A stretch of DNA of 64,000 nucleotides from Anaerolineaceae bacterium (GTDB lineage: Bacteria > Chloroflexota > Anaerolineae > Promineifilales > Promineifilaceae), in assembly GCA_002699125.1 (NCBI GenBank), contig PABI01000032.1, positions 15,588 to 79,587 of the forward strand. The letters run 5' to 3'. The notes below the pieces were generated by a model. The model worked only from the letters and a program-made list of their open reading frames with translations, searched no databases and had not been told where the DNA came from. Position numbers and translations under genes: made by a program. Numbering within the stretch: position 1 is the first letter of the stretch; each line of letters starts with the position of its first letter. Shown here in pieces: positions 9,859-18,317 of this stretch.

Positions 9859-9901
9859 AGCCTCGGAGGAATATCAACTATTCCTCCGAGGCTTTATTAT
9901 T
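9859..9901 (+). terminator. Rho-independent terminator
   Basis: Perfect 15-bp stem AGCCTCGGAGGAATA (9859-9873) / TATTCCTCCGAGGCT (9879-9893), 5-nt loop, then TTATTATT. Confidence 0.8.
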
Positions 9902-9907
9902 AGCAAG

Positions 9908-12301
9908 ATGCGTAAAGAAGGGATTCAAGCCATTGGGTCTGAGTGGAGGCGTTTGGGGTGGCTTTTGCTCATTTTTTTGTCGTTTTTTGGCCTCGCAATA
10001 TCCAATCTTTCCCAACTATCACCAACATTTGATGAACAAGGTTTTATTACCAGAGGCCTGGGCTATCTGCGTGGTGAAAACCAGCATATGCGCGTGGGCC
10101 ATCCCCTGGGCCTAAACGGGTTGAATGCGGCTTTGCTGGTGGGAGATGATACGGTGCAGCTGCCTACATCGGACCCCTCCTGGCAGCTGTCCAGTTTTCA
10201 TCGCCCTTCTGAACTGTTTTTATGGGAAATTGGCAATGACGTTGCGCACGTCATGTTTCTGGCTCGGCTGCCGACCATCTGGCTGGGGCTGCTGCTGGTG
10301 GCGCTGGTGGGCCGGTGGGCCTGGGAATTGACCCAACGAAGCTGGGCGGCTCTGCTGGCAATGGTATTAGCAGCCTTTGATCCCAATTTGCTGGCCAACG
10401 GCCGTCTGGCTACCACCGATTTTGGATTAACTTTTTTTGCTTTTTTGGCTGGCTTTTTGCTGTGGCGTTTTGGTAAACGGCCGTCCTGGCCACGTGCCAT
10501 TTGGGCTGGTGTTGGCTTTGGCCTGCTGCAAAACACAAAATTTACCGCCGGTCTGTTTGTTCCACTTTTCGCGCTGGTTCTTCTTTTGTTTGTCGTTAGC
10601 TGGTATCGACAATCAACGCTGAAACCGCCACTTTTTAGTTGGAACTCGCCGCTGGTTATACTGGTGGTTGCCTTTCCGCTGGCTGCTTTTTTGACCTTGT
10701 GGGCTGCCTATGGTTTCCAGGTTGGTACCTTGCCCGACGGTTTGCCCACCATGCCGCAGCTGGCCGGACTCACCGTGCCGCTGTCGCACCATTTGGAGCA
10801 GCTGCTGGACATTGGCGGGCGGCTGCAAAAAAGCACGCCCGCGTTTCTGATGGGCAGTTATTCTGACAGCGGTTGGTGGTATTATTTCCCGGTTGCCTTT
10901 GTGCTCAAGACGCCGCTGCCCACCCTGATTTTGCTGTTGGGAACCGGAGGGGGGCTGCTGTGGTTAGGCGTTCGTCAATGGCTGGCTGGCCGCAGGCTGA
11001 GTTTAGCCGCATTGTTGATTCCGCCATTGGGTTACTTTGGCTTTGCCCTGACGACCGATATTAATTTAGGCTACCGACATCTGTTGCCGGTGCTGCCTTT
11101 TTTCTTTGTGCTTATCGCGGTAGTCTTGTTTTGGCTGAGTGGGGAAACGGCCGTTTCAACAAGCTCACTATGGGCTCTTTGGCAGCGTTACCAACAAATC
11201 GCGCTTGTGGGTTTGGTAGGTTGGCTGGCCGTGATCGCCTTTTGGCTGCACCCGCACTATCTGGCATTTTTTAACGTCTTCGCCGGCGGGCCGGACGGTG
11301 GCTGGCGCTATCTGGTCGACAGCAACCTGGATTGGGGTCAGGATTTGGGCGGCTTAAAAAACTGGATGGATGAAAATGGTGTCGAGCAGGTGTGGTTGAG
11401 TTATTTTGGTGAAGGACGGCCGTCTTATTATAACATCAACCACATCGGCCTGGACAGTTTTCCACCCCGGCTGATGAATCCACAGGCACGGCCGTTTTAT
11501 CCCCTTGACCCTGCACCCGGCATCTACGCCATCAGCGCCACGACGTTGCAGGGGGTTCATTTTGCTGACCACGACACGTTTGTCTGGTTTCGCCATAAGG
11601 AGCCACTGGACAAGGTAGGCTACAGCATTTTTTTGTACGAGGTGCCACCCTATGGCGAACCTACCGATGTGGTGCTGGCAGGTTTGCAGCTAGATGAGAT
11701 CGCCCCGGAAGATTTTGCCCGGTTCCAAACCAACCAGGTGACGCCGCGCTGGGTGAATGCCGATAGCGCATTTTTTCAGCCTGCCGCAGCTGAGTTCTGG
11801 TTGGCCGAGCGTGAAGGTTTTGAAATGGAGTGGATGGAGACGGCCGTTTCCCGCCAGCCCATCACCGAAAATGAACAATATTCCCTCTACCGCGTGCAAA
11901 GCAACAGCCAAACGGTCGTAGCCAGCCACCAATTTAGCCTGGCCGAACACCGAATTGAACTGCTGGACCAGCCGCCCACCGTTTTGCTTCAAGATGACAT
12001 TTTGCAGTTAACCACTCGCTGGCGCAATGAAACTGGTCCGGTTCCACTGAAAATCTACGTTCATCTGCTGGACGAATCAGGCCAAATCGCTGCCCAGTGG
12101 GATGGCCTGGATGTGGCTTGGGAGGGTTGGCGTGCCGGGGACATTTTGTGGCAACAGCACGCCATCGCGCTGCGGCCCGAGCTGCCCGCCGGGCCCTACG
12201 ACCTGCGCGTTGGATTGTATGATCCAGCAGCAGGCACCCGCTGGCAAACGGCTGACGGTGCCGATTTTGCCTACCTTACAACTGTGGAGGTGGCCCCGTG
12301 A
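9908..12301 (+). CDS. GT-C fold membrane glycosyltransferase (ArnT/PMT-like) with shared C-terminal domain
   Basis: 797-aa polytopic ORF with first-loop FDEQGF motif. Paralogous to 4323-6077. Shared C-terminal domain at 11933-12298. Confidence 0.85.
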   Translation: MRKEGIQAIGSEWRRLGWLLLIFLSFFGLAISNLSQLSPTFDEQGFITRGLGYLRGENQHMRVGHPLGLNGLNAALLVGDDTVQLPTSDPSWQLSSFHRPSELFLWEIGNDVAHVMFLARLPTIWLGLLLVALVGRWAWELTQRSWAALLAMVLAAFDPNLLANGRLATTDFGLTFFAFLAGFLLWRFGKRPSWPRAIWAGVGFGLLQNTKFTAGLFVPLFALVLLLFVVSWYRQSTLKPPLFSWNSPLVILVVAFPLAAFLTLWAAYGFQVGTLPDGLPTMPQLAGLTVPLSHHLEQLLDIGGRLQKSTPAFLMGSYSDSGWWYYFPVAFVLKTPLPTLILLLGTGGGLLWLGVRQWLAGRRLSLAALLIPPLGYFGFALTTDINLGYRHLLPVLPFFFVLIAVVLFWLSGETAVSTSSLWALWQRYQQIALVGLVGWLAVIAFWLHPHYLAFFNVFAGGPDGGWRYLVDSNLDWGQDLGGLKNWMDENGVEQVWLSYFGEGRPSYYNINHIGLDSFPPRLMNPQARPFYPLDPAPGIYAISATTLQGVHFADHDTFVWFRHKEPLDKVGYSIFLYEVPPYGEPTDVVLAGLQLDEIAPEDFARFQTNQVTPRWVNADSAFFQPAAAEFWLAEREGFEMEWMETAVSRQPITENEQYSLYRVQSNSQTVVASHQFSLAEHRIELLDQPPTVLLQDDILQLTTRWRNETGPVPLKIYVHLLDESGQIAAQWDGLDVAWEGWRAGDILWQQHAIALRPELPAGPYDLRVGLYDPAAGTRWQTADGADFAYLTTVEVAP

Positions 12302-14367
12302 GCCGTCGGGTTTTGCTGCTGCTGGTGGTGCTGCTGGCCGCTTTTTTACGGCTTTGGCAGCTGGAATCCCTGCCGCCGGGCCTGTACCATGACGAAGCGT
12401 ACAACGGCCTGGATGCCCTCTCGCTGGTGCAGGGCAAGACATTCCCCCAATTTTACGAAGGCTGGGAGCTGTATGCCCAGGATGCCCATGCCGATAATCC
12501 GCCCACGCCGATGCGCTGGCCCGTTTTTTTTGAAGGCAATTACGGCCGTGAACCCCTCCACGTCTACCTCATGGCCGTCTCCATCTGGCTGTTTGGTCCC
12601 ACGCCGTTTGCCATTCGCCTGGTTCCCGCTCTCTCTGGTGTCCTGGCGGTGCTGCTCACCTATTTCGCCGCCAAAGAACTCCTGGCTGCCAAAAAAAAGC
12701 CACCTAACAATAACCAATCTCCAATAACCAATCTCCAATCTCATATTCCTGTGCTGGCCGCATTTTTTCTGGCAGTTTTGGTGCCCGCCATTCACTTTAG
12801 TCGCTTTGGCCTGCGCATGATGGTGTTTGTGCCGGTTGAAATGCTTACCGTCATCTTTTTCTGGCGCGGCTACAACCTCAGCCAGGTCACCGTGTCACCT
12901 GGTCACCGTGTCACTTGGTCATTTTTACTTGCTGGCTTCTTTCTTGGATTGGGCCTCTACGTCTATGCCGCTGCCCGGCTGTTTCCATTGCTCTTCGTTT
13001 TGTTTATCCTATTTTGGGCGTGGCGCGATTGGTCCGGCTTGCGCCAAAACGTGCTGAATATTGGGGGCATGGCGGCCGTGGCCGTGCTGACGGCGCTGCC
13101 GCTGCTGCTCTATTTTTGGCGCTATCCGTACTTTTTTGTGTTTCGTATTGCCTACGTAGCGAACAAAGGGCTGGGCACGGTCGAGGATCAGCCGCTGTTG
13201 ACCTGGCTGTTGAATGTAGGGCGGGTGGTGCGCGGCCTGTACTGGCAGGGCGAAACACATTTGCGCCATAATTTGCCAGGACGGCCGTATCTCGATCCCC
13301 TTCAAGCCATCTTTTTTACCCTGGGCCTGCTGCAAACCATTCGCCAAAAACTCAATCCCCGCACCGTGTTCCTGCTGCTGTGGCTGCTGGTGATGCTGCT
13401 GCCCACCATCATGAGCGGCGACGCCCCCCACTTTGGTCGCATGACTGGCGCCGCCGGTGTGGTGGCGATTGTGGCGGCGGTTGGCTCTGTCTGGCTTGGG
13501 GAATGGTTAATGGTTAATAGTAAATGGTTAATGGTTAATGGGAAACGCTCGCCGAAGACCTTTCACTTTTTACTTTTCACTTTTTACTTCTTACTCCTCG
13601 CTGGCAGCCTCGCCTTCACCCTCCGCGATTATTTTGGTCGTTACGCTGGCCATCTTCAGCTGGCCGCCGATTTTTACCTGCCGGATTGGGAATTGGGACA
13701 GTTTGCTGCGGAACAGCCGGAGGGAACGGCCGTTTACCTCACGCCCACCCAGGAAGAAATGGCCACCATCTACTTTGCCTTGGCCGACCCCGATGGCATT
13801 AGCAGTTTTTCCGGGGCGAGCACACTCGTTCCGGCAGGGCAGCCAGAGGCGGCGGCACTTTACCTGGTGCGTACCGAGAATGAGGCCAGTTGGCAGCAGC
13901 TGACCAACTTCTTTACCGAATATGAGACGGATCAATCGCGGGATGATTTTTGGGCACTGCACGTGCCAGAGAGCAGTGCCCAGGCGATTGAGGCGGTGGT
14001 TGCGGAGGAAACGGCCGTTTCCTTTGCCAATACCATTCAACTGTTAGGCTGGTCGGTGCAAACGGAGGCTAACCAGGTACAGGTCAATCTGGCCTGGCAG
14101 GCATTGGCAGAAATGCCGCTGGCCTACACGGCATTTGTGCATGTTCTGGATGGCTCGGGGCAAATTGTAGCGCAGCTAGACCGGCAGCCGGAAGGCTATC
14201 CCACCACCGATTGGCAGCCGGGCGAGGTGGTGGTAGACAAGTACACCATCGCGCTGCCAGATGGGCTTCCGCCGGGTCCTTTTATTTTGCAAACCGGATT
14301 TTATGATTTGGCGACATTGAACGGTTTGGGTGAAACGGTCGTACTCACGGAGACCTTCGCCCCATGA
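12298..14367 (+). CDS. GT-C fold membrane glycosyltransferase (GT39/ArnT-like) with shared C-terminal domain and in-frame tandem-repeat insertions
   Basis: 689-aa polytopic ORF. The GTG start overlaps the upstream stop (GTGA). Loop motif PPGLYHDEAYNG. Shared C-terminal domain at 14017-14364. It contains four short tandem-repeat blocks that keep the frame open. Confidence 0.8.
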   Translation: MSRRVLLLLVVLLAAFLRLWQLESLPPGLYHDEAYNGLDALSLVQGKTFPQFYEGWELYAQDAHADNPPTPMRWPVFFEGNYGREPLHVYLMAVSIWLFGPTPFAIRLVPALSGVLAVLLTYFAAKELLAAKKKPPNNNQSPITNLQSHIPVLAAFFLAVLVPAIHFSRFGLRMMVFVPVEMLTVIFFWRGYNLSQVTVSPGHRVTWSFLLAGFFLGLGLYVYAAARLFPLLFVLFILFWAWRDWSGLRQNVLNIGGMAAVAVLTALPLLLYFWRYPYFFVFRIAYVANKGLGTVEDQPLLTWLLNVGRVVRGLYWQGETHLRHNLPGRPYLDPLQAIFFTLGLLQTIRQKLNPRTVFLLLWLLVMLLPTIMSGDAPHFGRMTGAAGVVAIVAAVGSVWLGEWLMVNSKWLMVNGKRSPKTFHFLLFTFYFLLLAGSLAFTLRDYFGRYAGHLQLAADFYLPDWELGQFAAEQPEGTAVYLTPTQEEMATIYFALADPDGISSFSGASTLVPAGQPEAAALYLVRTENEASWQQLTNFFTEYETDQSRDDFWALHVPESSAQAIEAVVAEETAVSFANTIQLLGWSVQTEANQVQVNLAWQALAEMPLAYTAFVHVLDGSGQIVAQLDRQPEGYPTTDWQPGEVVVDKYTIALPDGLPPGPFILQTGFYDLATLNGLGETVVLTETFAP
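12709..12743 (+). repeat. In-frame tandem repeat (AATAACCAATCTCC x2 plus partial; heptamer-like AAT(A/C)(A/T)CC x5)
   Basis: aataaccaatctcc at 12709-12722 and again at 12723-12736, then aatctc(a). Encodes NNNQSPITNLQSH. Confidence 0.8.
12885..12921 (+). repeat. In-frame 16-nt tandem repeat GGTCACCGTGTCAC(C/T)T x2.3
   Basis: ggtcaccgtgtcacct at 12885-12900, ggtcaccgtgtcactt at 12901-12916, ggtca at 12917-12921. Encodes VTVSPGHRVTWS. Confidence 0.8.
13502..13543 (+). repeat. In-frame heptamer array (AATGGTT)n, six units
   Basis: aatggtt aatggtt aatagta aatggtt aatggtt aatggga. The 21-nt super-period encodes WLMVNSK WLMVNGK. Confidence 0.85.
13564..13598 (+). repeat. In-frame heptamer array ((C/T)ACTT(T/C)T)n, five units
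   Basis: cactttt tactttt cactttt tacttct tactcct. Encodes FHFLLFTFYFLLL. Confidence 0.8.
14007..14022. repeat. Example of the iterated palindrome: perfect 16-mer GGAAACGGCCGTTTCC (core ACGGCCGT)
   Basis: Read directly from the sequence. The identical 16-mer recurs at 57449-57464. The 8-nt core occurs ~135 times in the window. Confidence 0.95.
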
Positions 14368-16265
14368 CGATGCGAACCACTTTTGTCCAAAAATGGGGCA
14401 TCTTTGTTGTGCTTGGTCTGGCGGTGCTGCTGCTGGCAGGTTATCTGGCGTATGCCTTAAACCTGACCAGGGGCGTGTTAGGCGTGCCGCTGGATGACGC
14501 CTGGATCCACTTTCAGTATGCGCGCAATCTGAGCCAGGGCGATGGTTTTAGCTATGTGCCCGGCGTGCCCACGCCCGGCTCCACGGCCCCGTTGTGGACG
14601 CTGCTTCTGGCAGGCATTGGCCTGTTCACCGATTCGTTTGTGTTGCCGGCCATGCTGCTCAGCGCCGCCCTCTTTTTGCTCACCATTTGGCTCACCTACC
14701 GGCTTACGCTGGACCTAACGGATCATGTGGGGATTTCGCTGCTGGCGGCAGCCGGGCTGGCGGTGACCGGGCGCATGGTGTGGGCCGGCTGGTCGGCGAT
14801 GGAGGTGACCCTGTTCACGGTGCTGAGCGTGGCGGCAGTGTGGGCTTACCAGCGGCGCGGCTTGAGCGGCTTGACGGCCGTCTTGTTTGCCCTGGCCAGC
14901 CAGACGCGGCCGGAAGGGCACGTATTGTTTGCTTTGGTCGTGCTGGATGGGCTGCTGGCCTGGCGCTGGCCTTATGGGGAGAAACGGCCGTCGCCCCCCT
15001 GGCGGCAGTTGTTTATTGCAGTGCTCATTTACGGGGCGATCCAGTTACCTTACGCCTTGTTCAGTTTATCGGTGACGGGACGGCCGTTGCCCAACACCTT
15101 TTACGCCAAGGCGCGGCAGAGTACCCTGTACAGCTGGCGCACGCTGTGGGAGACGCTGCAATATCATTGGGATGACAATTGGTTGACTTTGCTGCTGCTG
15201 CCTTTTAGCCTGTCCACGCTTTGGCGGCGCAACCGGCTGGTGGGAAGCTGGCTCGTGGGCCTATGGCTGCTGCTGCCATTTATTGTGCCCTTTTTATGGC
15301 ATCACGGCCGTTACACCATGCCGCTGCTGCCTTTTCAGATGATTGTCGCGGCGGTTGGGCTGCATTGGCTAGGCAGCAGACTTTGGCCGCGGCGGCAGGC
15401 GGTTTGGCTGGCCTTTGCCGGGCTGTGGCTTGGCATCGGGCTGTGGGGCGCACCGTATTGGGCCGGGATGTTGGGCTACAATGCCCGCGAAATTTTGGAG
15501 ATCGACGTGGCGCTGGGGGAATGGCTGGCGGGCAACGTGCCCGCAGAAGAAATTGTGGCCATCGACGACATCGGCGCGATTGTGTTTAAGGGACCGCGGC
15601 CAATTGTGGATTTGAACGGGCTGGTTTCGCCAGAGATGTGGCCGGTGCTGGATGATCCCGATCCGCCAACGGCGGCAATGCGCTTCCTGGCGACAAGTGG
15701 CGTGCGCTACCTGGCCATCTTTCCCGATTGGCACCCGCTGCTGGTGAGCGATCCGGCGATTGCCCAACCCATTCAGCGGTTTACCACGGACACCCATTCG
15801 ATCATCTTTGCCCAGGAGGCGGTGGTGTACGAGATGGATTGGCCTTACCGCCAGCAAATCGAGCCGCAGCATGAGGCAACGGCCGTTTTCGCCGATCGTA
15901 TTCAACTGAGAGGGTATGATTGGCAGCCGGATGATCAGGCGGTGGCCCTAACGCTGTATTGGCAGAGCGTGACGGCCGTTCCGGAAAGCTACAAGGTGTT
16001 TATCCACATCGTGGATGAAAATGACACTATCGTGGCCCAGGCAGACCGCTTACCGGTGAACGGATTGGCCCCCACCTGGCGCTGGCAGCCCGACGACCTG
16101 GTGCGCGACGTGTACCAGATTCCGCTGCCGCCAGAGCTGCCGCCGGGTCAGTACCAGGTGCGGCTGGGGTTGTACACGGAAGCAAACGGCCGTCTTCCCT
16201 TGAGCAACGTCGCATCCCCTACCGATTTTATAACCCTGCTAGAGTGGCAACTCAAAGATAGTTGA
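14364..16265 (+). CDS. GT-C-like polytopic membrane protein with shared C-terminal domain
   Basis: 633-aa ORF. The ATG overlaps the upstream stop (ATGA). N-terminal loop motif PLDDAWIHFQYARNLSQGDGF resembles arabinosyl/mannosyl GT-C families. Shared C-terminal domain at 15882-16262. Confidence 0.8.
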   Translation: MTMRTTFVQKWGIFVVLGLAVLLLAGYLAYALNLTRGVLGVPLDDAWIHFQYARNLSQGDGFSYVPGVPTPGSTAPLWTLLLAGIGLFTDSFVLPAMLLSAALFLLTIWLTYRLTLDLTDHVGISLLAAAGLAVTGRMVWAGWSAMEVTLFTVLSVAAVWAYQRRGLSGLTAVLFALASQTRPEGHVLFALVVLDGLLAWRWPYGEKRPSPPWRQLFIAVLIYGAIQLPYALFSLSVTGRPLPNTFYAKARQSTLYSWRTLWETLQYHWDDNWLTLLLLPFSLSTLWRRNRLVGSWLVGLWLLLPFIVPFLWHHGRYTMPLLPFQMIVAAVGLHWLGSRLWPRRQAVWLAFAGLWLGIGLWGAPYWAGMLGYNAREILEIDVALGEWLAGNVPAEEIVAIDDIGAIVFKGPRPIVDLNGLVSPEMWPVLDDPDPPTAAMRFLATSGVRYLAIFPDWHPLLVSDPAIAQPIQRFTTDTHSIIFAQEAVVYEMDWPYRQQIEPQHEATAVFADRIQLRGYDWQPDDQAVALTLYWQSVTAVPESYKVFIHIVDENDTIVAQADRLPVNGLAPTWRWQPDDLVRDVYQIPLPPELPPGQYQVRLGLYTEANGRLPLSNVASPTDFITLLEWQLKDS

Positions 16266-16268
16266 AAA

Positions 16269-16299
16269 AATCTGCGTTAATCTGCGAAATCTGCGGATT
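16269..16299. repeat. AATCTGCG word repeat, three direct copies (period 9-10)
   Basis: aatctgcg at 16269-16276, 16279-16286 and 16288-16295. It fills the gap between convergent genes and encodes the last codons (SADFAD) and the stop of the minus-strand gene. Confidence 0.85.
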
Positions 16300-18205
16300 C
16301 TTCAGCAGAACCAACGGTGATTTCTTGCAAAACAACGTGGTCGCTGCCGTTAGTGAGCAGGCGGGTGCCGTCGCGGGCATCATACAGACCGGCGATGAGA
16401 GTGTAACGGCCGTCCGCCAAATCTGGTGGTAGGGAAAGCTGGTAGCTGTCCACCACGACCTCGTCCGGCTGCCAGCAGGTTGGCGGCCATTGGCCATTGA
16501 CCGGCCAGTTATCTTGCTGGGTCACTAACTGTCCGCTGGCATCCAAAAGCTGGGTGAAGACGGTATACGGCCGCAGCGTGGCCCCATCTGCCTGCCAGTA
16601 GAGTGTAAAGGGCAGCTGGCTGCCGGGAGCTACGTCGGTTGGTGGTAAATCAGCCCCCAGCAGCGTGATTGTTTCGCTGAAGGTGACGTTGACGGCCGTT
16701 TCTGGCGTTTTGTCTGCTGGTTGGGACGGCCGTTCCGCCACCACAATGACCGGGCGCACCGGCTGCCAGGCCAGCCCCAGGCTGATCGTTAAGGCAATTT
16801 GTGCAGCCACGATGAGCAGCTGCCACCGTTGCGGCAGCCAATCGTCCAGCGCTCCCGCGCCAACAATCGCCAGCAGCGGCATAAAAAAGAGCCAGAGCCG
16901 TCCCACTTCGCCCCGCGCTGAACCGGAAAAATTGAGTACCAGAATCAGGGCTAAAAGTGAAAGTGCAAGCATGTGCGAGGACGTGAGTCGGCGCTGGCGA
17001 AAAGCTGTCACTGTGCCCACGAGCGCCAGGCCAAAGCCCAGGAGCAGCGGCCAGCCGGCAAACACGAGCAAATCAACCAGATTCCACACGATCCACCAGT
17101 CGTAGCGGCGCAGCAGCGTCACGAGAGTGTAATGCTGTTCCAGACCGGTCTGGATGATGGCCCAGGGCGGCACGCCCCAGCCCAGCCAGAGCAACAGCCA
17201 AAGCGATAATCCCGACGCACTCAAAACCGTGCCAACCTTGATGAGGCGATTGGCGGTGAGCTGCTGCCTGCGCCACCAATCGAGCAGCAGGTAAAGGGCG
17301 ATAGGCAGCGCCAGCGCCAAGTTGCCCAGGCTGAGGAAGGTGAGCAGTGAATACAGCAGTCCGGCCAGCGCATACCAGGTGAGACGGCCGTTTTCCTGCC
17401 CTTTCACCAGGCACAAAAACAGCAGCAAAACCAGCGGCGGATAAAGCTGCACCACCTTGGGCGCAAACAGTATCAGGGCGGGGGGCGTGGCGATGAGCAG
17501 CGTGGCCAGGCGAGCTTTGCTGGGTTCCAGCCAGTGGCGCGCCAGTGCGTAACCGGGCCAAATGGTGAGGGCTGCGGCCAGCAGCGGCAGCAGGGACCAG
17601 GTGAACAAGGCAGCGGCTACGGCAAACGGCCGTTCCAGCAGCCACAAATCCATACAGCGACCGGGATAAACCCAGCTGGCTATCTTCAGGGAAAGCTCGG
17701 GGAAGCGGTTGAACAGGCTGGCGGTGAGATTGTTGGCGATGAGCAGTCCCGGCGGGTGAGTGCGGGCGTGTTCGGCGGCAAAGGTGGGCATCAGTTCCGG
17801 GTAGTTTTGCAAGGCGTTGTGCAAATCGGGCAGCGTGATGGCCGGCTCGAAGTAGCCGCCGGACAGGTTAGACAGGGTGCGATCGACCAACTCGGCCAGC
17901 ACCGGCTGGCGGTCAGCCTGGATGATAGCCAGTTGCAAAGCGATCATGATGCCGCTTAAAGCCAGCAAGGCAAGCAGATTGCGGCCACGTTGGTCCGGCT
18001 GTCGCAGCCACCAACCGGCCACCAACAGTAACAGGAGCCCGATAAAAATAGGAAGCCACCAGTGGGAAAACGGCCGTAACCAATAAGGCCAGTACCATTC
18101 GCTCGTTTCCGGGGCCGGCCCGCGCAGCCAGGGCACAGCATCGGTAAAAATTAGCACAATCAAGGCCAGGGTGGGCAGCAAAAGAAGTGATAATCGACGG
18201 TTCAT
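16277..18205 (-). CDS. Polytopic membrane protein (GT-C-like) with shared C-terminal domain
   Basis: Long ORF with more than 10 hydrophobic segments. Shared C-terminal domain at 16280-16687. ATG at 18205 is preferred over the TTG at 18235 used by the ORF track, which lies inside a hairpin at 18218-18242. Confidence 0.75.
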   Translation of the reverse strand: MNRRLSLLLLPTLALIVLIFTDAVPWLRGPAPETSEWYWPYWLRPFSHWWLPIFIGLLLLLVAGWWLRQPDQRGRNLLALLALSGIMIALQLAIIQADRQPVLAELVDRTLSNLSGGYFEPAITLPDLHNALQNYPELMPTFAAEHARTHPPGLLIANNLTASLFNRFPELSLKIASWVYPGRCMDLWLLERPFAVAAALFTWSLLPLLAAALTIWPGYALARHWLEPSKARLATLLIATPPALILFAPKVVQLYPPLVLLLFLCLVKGQENGRLTWYALAGLLYSLLTFLSLGNLALALPIALYLLLDWWRRQQLTANRLIKVGTVLSASGLSLWLLLWLGWGVPPWAIIQTGLEQHYTLVTLLRRYDWWIVWNLVDLLVFAGWPLLLGFGLALVGTVTAFRQRRLTSSHMLALSLLALILVLNFSGSARGEVGRLWLFFMPLLAIVGAGALDDWLPQRWQLLIVAAQIALTISLGLAWQPVRPVIVVAERPSQPADKTPETAVNVTFSETITLLGADLPPTDVAPGSQLPFTLYWQADGATLRPYTVFTQLLDASGQLVTQQDNWPVNGQWPPTCWQPDEVVVDSYQLSLPPDLADGRYTLIAGLYDARDGTRLLTNGSDHVVLQEITVGSAEESADFAD

Positions 18206-18317
18206 AGCAGTTAAAAGCCGAGCTTGTCCCGACAAAGCTCGGCCTGGGGAATGTTACCATATTTTGTCGTCAATTTGGCATAGGCATGATACAGTCGCCA
18301 CCCGAATCGGGAATTGT

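Noticed and set aside
12298-14367. Pseudogene call because of the internal simple repeats.
   Set aside because: The reading frame stays open across all four repeat blocks, and the conserved C-terminal domain downstream is intact and in frame.
18171-18317. Long N-terminal extensions proposed by the ORF track (18171, 20969, 34063, 50059, 53042, 27894, 37562, 42548, 30097, 8219, 63599).
   Set aside because: The extensions overlap upstream genes, terminator hairpins or divergent promoter DNA, and often use non-ATG starts. Internal ATGs give canonical N-termini (signal anchors, MSKKK of RimM, MSDEEK of TopA) and ATGA-type coupling with upstream stops.
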